A stretch of 64,000 bases of DNA from an uncultured Bacillota bacterium. GTDB taxonomy: Bacteria; Sysuimicrobiota; Sysuimicrobiia; Sysuimicrobiales; Segetimicrobiaceae. Positions 58,480 through 64,000 of this stretch are shown here, piece by piece. The DNA is taken from NCBI GenBank assembly GCA_963804645.1, contig CAWDRG010000019.1, positions 96,001 to 160,000 on the forward strand, in the 5' to 3' direction. Below the pieces are notes generated by a model, which was not told the origin of the DNA, searched no databases, and saw nothing but the letters and a program-made list of their open reading frames with translations. Within the stretch, counting starts at the first letter, position 1; every line of letters begins with the position of its first letter. A program made the position numbers and the translations under genes.

Positions 58480-59201
58480 CCGCCGTCCGGGCGCGCGATT
58501 CGCTCGCGCGCCTATCCCGCGACGTCGTGGCGTGTACCGCGTGCCCGCGCCTGCGCCGCCACTGCGATGCGGTGGCCGCCCGCGGCAAGCCGGAGTTCGC
58601 CGGATTTCACTACTGGGGCAGGCCGGTGCCCGGGTTTGGCGACGCGCGCGCCGCCCTCGTGATCGTCGGTCTCGCGCCGGCCGCGCATGGGGCCAACCGG
58701 ACGGGGCGCATGTTCACGGGCGACAGTTCCGCGGCGTGGCTCGTGCGGGCGATGCACCGCGCCGGGTTCGCCAATCAACCGACGTCCCTGCACCGGGGCG
58801 ATGGCCTGCGTCTCCGGGGAGCCTATCTGACGGCTCCCGTCCGGTGCGCGCCCCCGGCGAACAAGCCGACGCGGGGCGAGCTCGAGCGATGTCTGCCATA
58901 CCTCGAGCGCGAGGTGCGGCTCCTGCGGGACGTTCGGGTGCTGATGGCGCTCGGCCGGATCGCGTTCGAGGTCTGCCGCCGCCTCCTTCGGGGCTGGGGG
59001 GCCGAGGTGCGGGGCGTGTCGTTCGGACACGGGGCCTGCTATGAATTCGGGCCCGGCCGACCGGCGTTGATCGCAAGCTACCACCCGAGCCGTCAGAACA
59101 CCAATACGGGGAAACTCACCGAGCCGATGTTGGACCAGGTGTTTCGGGCCGCCCGCGGCCTGGTGGATGGCGCGGCGCCGGCGGAGACCGCGGCCGGCTA
59201 G
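58476..59201 (+). CDS. Uracil-DNA glycosylase, family 5 (UdgB-like)
   Basis: CTACPRL, GLAPAAHGANRTGRMFTGD, CAPPANKP, YHPSRQNT. Confidence 0.92.
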   Translation: MTAVRARDSLARLSRDVVACTACPRLRRHCDAVAARGKPEFAGFHYWGRPVPGFGDARAALVIVGLAPAAHGANRTGRMFTGDSSAAWLVRAMHRAGFANQPTSLHRGDGLRLRGAYLTAPVRCAPPANKPTRGELERCLPYLEREVRLLRDVRVLMALGRIAFEVCRRLLRGWGAEVRGVSFGHGACYEFGPGRPALIASYHPSRQNTNTGKLTEPMLDQVFRAARGLVDGAAPAETAAG

Positions 59202-59234
59202 GGCGCGTCGGCGCGGACACGGGAGGGCATCGGA

Positions 59235-60005
59235 ATGACGGGGACGCTGGTCGTGGAGACGCAGGGCGGCGTGCGGGTGGTCACGCTCAACCGCCCGGAC
59301 GTGCTGAACGCGTTCAACGCCGAGATGGGCGGCGCGCTCGCGGACGCGCTCCGCGATGCCGACCGGGACGCGGCGGTGCGCTGCGTGCTGCTCGCGGCGG
59401 CGGGCCGCGGATTCTGCGCGGGGCAGGACCTTCGCGAAGAGCAGGCGGGGTCGCTCGGGGACGTGCTGCGCGCCCGCTACAACCGGATCGTGCTGCTGAT
59501 GCGGACGATGGAGAAGCCCGTCGTGGCGGCGGTCAACGGTGTCGCCGCGGGGGCCGGCTGCAACCTGGCCCTGGCCGCGGACCTGCGCATCGCATCGGAC
59601 CGGGCATCGTTCATCGAGGCGTTCTCCCGCGTCGGGCTGGTCCCGGACTCCGGGGGCACCTGGCTGCTGCCCCGGCTCGTCGGGCTCGCGCGCGCGTTTG
59701 AGATGATGCTGCTCGCCGAGCCGGTGGACGCGGCGACGGCGGAACGCATCGGCTTGGTCAACCGCGTCGTGCCGCACGAGGAGTTGATGCCGCGCGCGCG
59801 CGAGCTGGCGGGCCGTCTCGCCGACGGGCCGACGCGCGCGTACGGGCTGATCAAGCGGGCGGTGGAGCATAATCTGTCGGTGGGGTTCCGAGGCGCGCTC
59901 GAGTACGAGGCGTATCTGCAGGACGTGGCCGGACGCACCGCCGACTACCGTGAAGGCGTGGCCGCATTTCTTGGGAAGCGGGCCCCCGTGTACCGCGGCG
60001 AGTAG
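59235..60005 (+). CDS. paaG: Ring-1,2-epoxyphenylacetyl-CoA isomerase-like (PaaG)
   Basis: [23 protein letters not shown]. Confidence 0.8.
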   Translation: MTGTLVVETQGGVRVVTLNRPDVLNAFNAEMGGALADALRDADRDAAVRCVLLAAAGRGFCAGQDLREEQAGSLGDVLRARYNRIVLLMRTMEKPVVAAVNGVAAGAGCNLALAADLRIASDRASFIEAFSRVGLVPDSGGTWLLPRLVGLARAFEMMLLAEPVDAATAERIGLVNRVVPHEELMPRARELAGRLADGPTRAYGLIKRAVEHNLSVGFRGALEYEAYLQDVAGRTADYREGVAAFLGKRAPVYRGE

Positions 60006-60038
60006 GCCCGCGGCGGGCGGCGAGAGGAGCGTTTGGGA

Positions 60039-61241
60039 ATGCGCGAGGTCGTGATTGTGGATGCGATTCGAACGCCGATCGGGCGGTATGGAGGCGCGCT
60101 GCGCGACGTGCGTCCGGACGATCTGGCGGCGCAGGTCGTGCAGGCGATCATCCAGCGCAACGGGCTCGATCCGCTGGCGGTGGAGGATGTGGTGCTCGGG
60201 TGCACCAACCAGGCGGGCGAGGACAACCGGAACGTCGCCCGGATGGCCGTGCTGATCGCGGGGCTGCCCGACGACGTGCCGGGCCAGACGGTCAACCGCT
60301 TGTGCGGGTCCGGCATGCAGGCGGTCCATACCGCTGCGCACGCGATCGCCTGCGGCAACGGCGATGTGTACATCGTCGGCGGCGTCGAGAGCATGACCCG
60401 CGCGCCGTTCGTGCTCGGGAAGCCCGACGCAGCGTTTCCCCGCGGGGCGCGGCTGCTGCAGGACACGACCCTCGGCTGGCGGTTCCCGAACCCGACCCTG
60501 GAGGCGCGGTTCCCTCTGTACAGCATGGGGGAGACCGCCGAGAACGTCGCGGAGCGGTATGGCATCTCCCGCGCGGAGCAGGATGCGTTCGCGCTCGAGA
60601 GCCAGCAGCGCGCCGCGGCGGCCGTCCGCGACGGCAAGTTTGCCGAGGAGATCGTCTCGGTCACGGCCCCGGGCCGCGGCGGGTCGACGTCGGTCGTGGA
60701 TACTGACGAACATCCGCGGCCGGACACCACCGCGGAGCGCCTCGCGTCGCTCGCGCCGGTGTTTCGGACCGGGGGGAGCGTCACCGCGGGCAACTCCTCC
60801 GGGATCAACGACGGGGCCGCCGCGCTCCTCGTGACATCGAAGGAGTGGGCCGAGCGCGAGGGCCGGCGTCCGCTGGCACGGATCGTCGCGTCGGCGGTCG
60901 CGGGCGTGGACCCGTCCTACATGGGGATCGGGCCGATCCCCGCGACGCGCAAGGCGCTCGCGCGTGCCGGGTGGACGATCGACGAGGTCGACCTCGTCGA
61001 GTTGAACGAAGCGTTTGCCGTGCAGGTCCTCGCGTGTGTCCGTGACCTAGGCATCGACCGCGCGCGCCTCAACCCAAACGGCGGCGCGATCGCGCTCGGG
61101 CACCCGGTGGGCGCGAGCGGCGCCCGCATCCTGGTCACGCTCGTGCGCGAGATGGTCCGGCGGGACGTGCGGCGCGGCTTGGCGACGATGTGCATCGGCG
61201 TCGGCCAGGGCATCGCGACGCTCCTGGAGCGGCCGGCCTGA
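60039..61241 (+). CDS. paaJ: 3-oxoadipyl-CoA thiolase (PaaJ/PcaF)
   Basis: [41 protein letters not shown]. Confidence 0.88.
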   Translation: MREVVIVDAIRTPIGRYGGALRDVRPDDLAAQVVQAIIQRNGLDPLAVEDVVLGCTNQAGEDNRNVARMAVLIAGLPDDVPGQTVNRLCGSGMQAVHTAAHAIACGNGDVYIVGGVESMTRAPFVLGKPDAAFPRGARLLQDTTLGWRFPNPTLEARFPLYSMGETAENVAERYGISRAEQDAFALESQQRAAAAVRDGKFAEEIVSVTAPGRGGSTSVVDTDEHPRPDTTAERLASLAPVFRTGGSVTAGNSSGINDGAAALLVTSKEWAEREGRRPLARIVASAVAGVDPSYMGIGPIPATRKALARAGWTIDEVDLVELNEAFAVQVLACVRDLGIDRARLNPNGGAIALGHPVGASGARILVTLVREMVRRDVRRGLATMCIGVGQGIATLLERPA

Positions 61242-61267
61242 GGGCGGCGATGGCCGGGAGCGCCGGG

Positions 61268-62166
61268 ATGCGCGCGCGCTCGATGCTGTTTACGCTGTTC
61301 GGCGACTACGTCCGGCACTACGGCGGCACGATCTGGGTCGGCAGCCTGATCGCACTCATGGCCGAGCTCGGCTTCACCGCGCATGCCGTGCGCGCCGCCG
61401 TGTCGCGGATGGCCCGCCAGGGGTGGCTCGCCCCGACGCGGGTCGGCCGCGCCAGTTACTATGCGCTGACGCCTCGCGGACAGGACCGGATCGCGGAGGC
61501 CGCCGGCCGGATCTTCAAGCTGTATCCCGAGGCGTGGGACCGCCACTGGCGGCTGCTCGTGGTGCCGTCGGGAGGCACCGCCCGGCCGCAGCAGGCGGCG
61601 ATGCGCCGTGAACTCGGCTGGATCGGATTCGCGCGGGTGGGGCCGGGCCAGTACATCACGGCGAACGACGTGCTCGGCCGGCTCGCGTCCGTGGAGGAGC
61701 GCTATGGCCTCGTCGGGCGGATCGAGACGTTCGTGGCCCGCCACGAGGGGGGAGCACGGACGCCGCGCTGGCCGCGCGCTCCTGGGACCTCGGCGCCATC
61801 AACGCCGCCTACGCGGCATTTCTCGCGGCCTGGCGGCCGCGGCTGGATGCGAGCCGCGCCGCGGCCGTCGGGGTGTCAGACGCCGAGGCGTTCTCGGAAA
61901 AGTCGCGTCTCGTGCACGAGTTTCGGAAGTTCCTGTTCGTCGATCCCGGTCTTCCCAAGGAGCTGCTGCCGCCGCGCTGGAGCGGGCTCGACGCCCGCGC
62001 GGTGTTCTCCGCGTACTACCATCTCCTGGCGGAGGGGGCGCTGCGCTGCTTCGAGGCGCATTACCGGCCGGCTCCGGGGCGCGAGGCCGACCTGCCGGAC
62101 GGCCGCCGGGCCGCGCGGCGCGACCCGTTCCGACCTGCGGCGCAGGCCGGCGTCGTGCTCGATTAG
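61268..62166 (+). pseudogene. paaX: PaaX transcriptional repressor, frameshifted at a G6 run (61747-61752)
   Basis: RSMLFTLFGDY, RAAVSRM...GWL in one frame; WDL, VHEFRKFLFVDPGLPKELLP in another. Confidence 0.85.
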
Positions 62167-63482
62167 CCTCCGGCGGTCGGGACCGCCGGGAGCTCGGTGC
62201 CTTCCTCGAGGTACAGTTCGTCCGTGGTCTCGTCGAACGCGTAGGCTTCCGCGTACCGCCCGAACCCGACGAGGATGTTGAGCTGACGGCGCGCTTCTTC
62301 GAAGCTGAAGTGGCGCTCGAGCGCGTCCAGGAACGTTTCCGCCGACATGCGGTGGCCCTCGTGTTCCGCCAGCTGCTGGACGATCTCGCGCGCCGGCGCG
62401 ATCCGGCTCAGGAGCGCCTTGCGGAAGATCTCCTTCTTGTCCTGCACCGTCGCCTCGGCGAACGCCTTGCCTTGGGGCGTGAGTTCGAGGTCGCCTTCGC
62501 GGGCGGTCGCAAACCCGAGCATCTCGGCCGCTTCGACCGCCGGCAGGAGGTCCTCGACGTCGAACTGCAGCTCCGCGCCGACCTTGGCGAGTTCGGCGCG
62601 GCCGCCCTCGTTCTGGACGAGCTCCACGAGTCCGGTGATCAGGCCGACGGACGCGTACGGCAGCCGCGGGATCAGCGGCTTGGCGTGCTGGAGCCGGCGG
62701 GCCCGGTCGCCCGTGAGCACCTCGTACACGTGCTCGACGGCGCGCTGAAACTCCGGCGAGTGGCGGTCCCGCCAGTGCGGAATCTCCGGCCGGATCTCTT
62801 CGACGATGTGGGCCGGGTTCGCGCTCAAGACGATGATGCGGTCGGCCATGAACACCGCTTCCTCGATGCTGTGGGTCACGATCGCGATGGCGCGCGTCGG
62901 GAAGCGCCTCCCCAGCCAGAGTTCGAGCAGGTCGGTGCGCAGGTTTTCGGCCGTCAGGGCGTCGAGGGCCGAGAAGGGCTCGTCCATGAGCAAAATATCC
63001 GGCTGCACCGCCAGCGCGCGCGCGAAGCCGACCCGCTGCCGCATGCCGCCGGACAATTCTTTTGGAAACGCCGTTTCGAAACCGTCGAGACCGATGAGAT
63101 CGATCATATGAAGCGCGCGCTTCCGCCGCTCCTCGGGCTCCACGCCGATCGCGCTGAGCCCGAGCTCGACGTTGTCGAGCACGGTCAGCCACGGGAAGAG
63201 CGCGAAGGTCTGAAACACCATCGCGACCCCGGGATTGGGTCCGGTCACGGGTTGTCCGCGGTACAATACTTCGCCGCTCGAGGGAGGGATGAGCCCGGCC
63301 AGGACGCGCAGCAGCGTGGATTTCCCGCAGCCCGAGGCTCCGAGGATCGCCAGGACCTCCGCCGCGCGGATCTGGAGGTCGATCTGGTCGAGCACGACGG
63401 TCACCCCGCCGCCGGGGCGCGCGTAGGCGATGGTGATCTGCTTCGCGTCCACGAGCACGGTCGGTGCGCTGGTGATGACCAC
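62163..63482 (-). CDS. Nitrate/sulfonate-type ABC ATP-binding protein with C-terminal AAA-associated domain
   Basis: GASGCGKST, LSGGMRQRVG, MDEPFSALD, GRYAE tail. Confidence 0.9.
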   Translation of the reverse strand: MVITSAPTVLVDAKQITIAYARPGGGVTVVLDQIDLQIRAAEVLAILGASGCGKSTLLRVLAGLIPPSSGEVLYRGQPVTGPNPGVAMVFQTFALFPWLTVLDNVELGLSAIGVEPEERRKRALHMIDLIGLDGFETAFPKELSGGMRQRVGFARALAVQPDILLMDEPFSALDALTAENLRTDLLELWLGRRFPTRAIAIVTHSIEEAVFMADRIIVLSANPAHIVEEIRPEIPHWRDRHSPEFQRAVEHVYEVLTGDRARRLQHAKPLIPRLPYASVGLITGLVELVQNEGGRAELAKVGAELQFDVEDLLPAVEAAEMLGFATAREGDLELTPQGKAFAEATVQDKKEIFRKALLSRIAPAREIVQQLAEHEGHRMSAETFLDALERHFSFEEARRQLNILVGFGRYAEAYAFDETTDELYLEEGTELPAVPTAGG

Positions 63483-63543
63483 GCGTCACGCTCCTCGCAT
63501 GGATCTGGGTTGCCGCCCTTGTCGAGTCGGTGGTTCGGTCGTG

Positions 63544-64000
63544 CTAGAGATGGTAGCGGTCTTCGGCCAGATGCGCGGCCCGCTTCCAGAACAGACGGTT
63601 GATGATGACGACGACGACGGCCATGGTCACCGTGGCCGCCGCGAGCAGCGGGTAGTCGCCCCCGGCCGCGGCCGCCGAGATCAGCGCGCCGAGCCCGATC
63701 GTCTGCAGGACCTTGTTGTCGAAGGTTACGTACTCGGACACGATGGTGGCGTTGAACGCGCCGCCCTGAGCCGTGAGGCCGCCGGTGACGAGATGGGGGA
63801 AAATCCCGGGCAGGATCAGGGTGCGCCAGCGCATCCACCCGCGTATCTTCATGAGAGAGGCGGCCTCCTGCAGGTCGCGGGGCAGGGCGATCGCGCCGGC
63901 GATCGTGTTGAACAGGATGTACCACTGCGTGCCGAGCAGCATCAGCAGGACCGACGCGATCGAGAGACCGCCGCCCAGGCGTACGAGGAGGAGGAGCAGG
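63544..64000 (-). CDS. ABC transporter permease (5' end outside the window)
   Basis: LGTQWYILFN, GGAFNATIVSE, INRLFW. Confidence 0.88.
   Translation of the reverse strand, partial: LLLLLVRLGGGLSIASVLLMLLGTQWYILFNTIAGAIALPRDLQEAASLMKIRGWMRWRTLILPGIFPHLVTGGLTAQGGAFNATIVSEYVTFDNKVLQTIGLGALISAAAAGGDYPLLAAATVTMAVVVVIINRLFWKRAAHLAEDRYHL

Overview
High-GC (roughly 70%) bacterial chromosomal window. The T-box leader, CIRCE element, GroEL sequence type and F420 genes suggest a Terrabacteria-type organism; an Armatimonadota-related soil lineage is a guess only. Core and metabolic content: tcuAB, an amidohydrolase with a peptide-type ABC transporter, a YdiJ-like FAD/Fe-S oxidoreductase, an acyl-CoA module, a solitary CIRCE-controlled groEL, a TetR/ECF-sigma/F420 (nitroreductase-cofD-cofC) cluster, three tRNAs, tig-clpP-clpX-lon, T-box valS and paaF-udg-paaG-paaJ-paaX. 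An ArsC-like selenoprotein (UxxC) is truncated by the ORF track. The most notable part is a mobile-element-rich stretch (16.8-32 kb) with two apparent cases of one IS targeting another. (1) An intact IS110 sits inside the predicted donor-binding loop of another IS110's bridge/seek-type ncRNA, and its own ncRNA carries guide segments matching that site. (2) An IS1202-like element and a 115-bp MITE derived from it both sit at the same motif in the left end of an rve-type DDE IS. The host IS110 also carries a roughly 280-bp hairpin in its left end. All alignments and RNA structures were read by eye and need computational confirmation.
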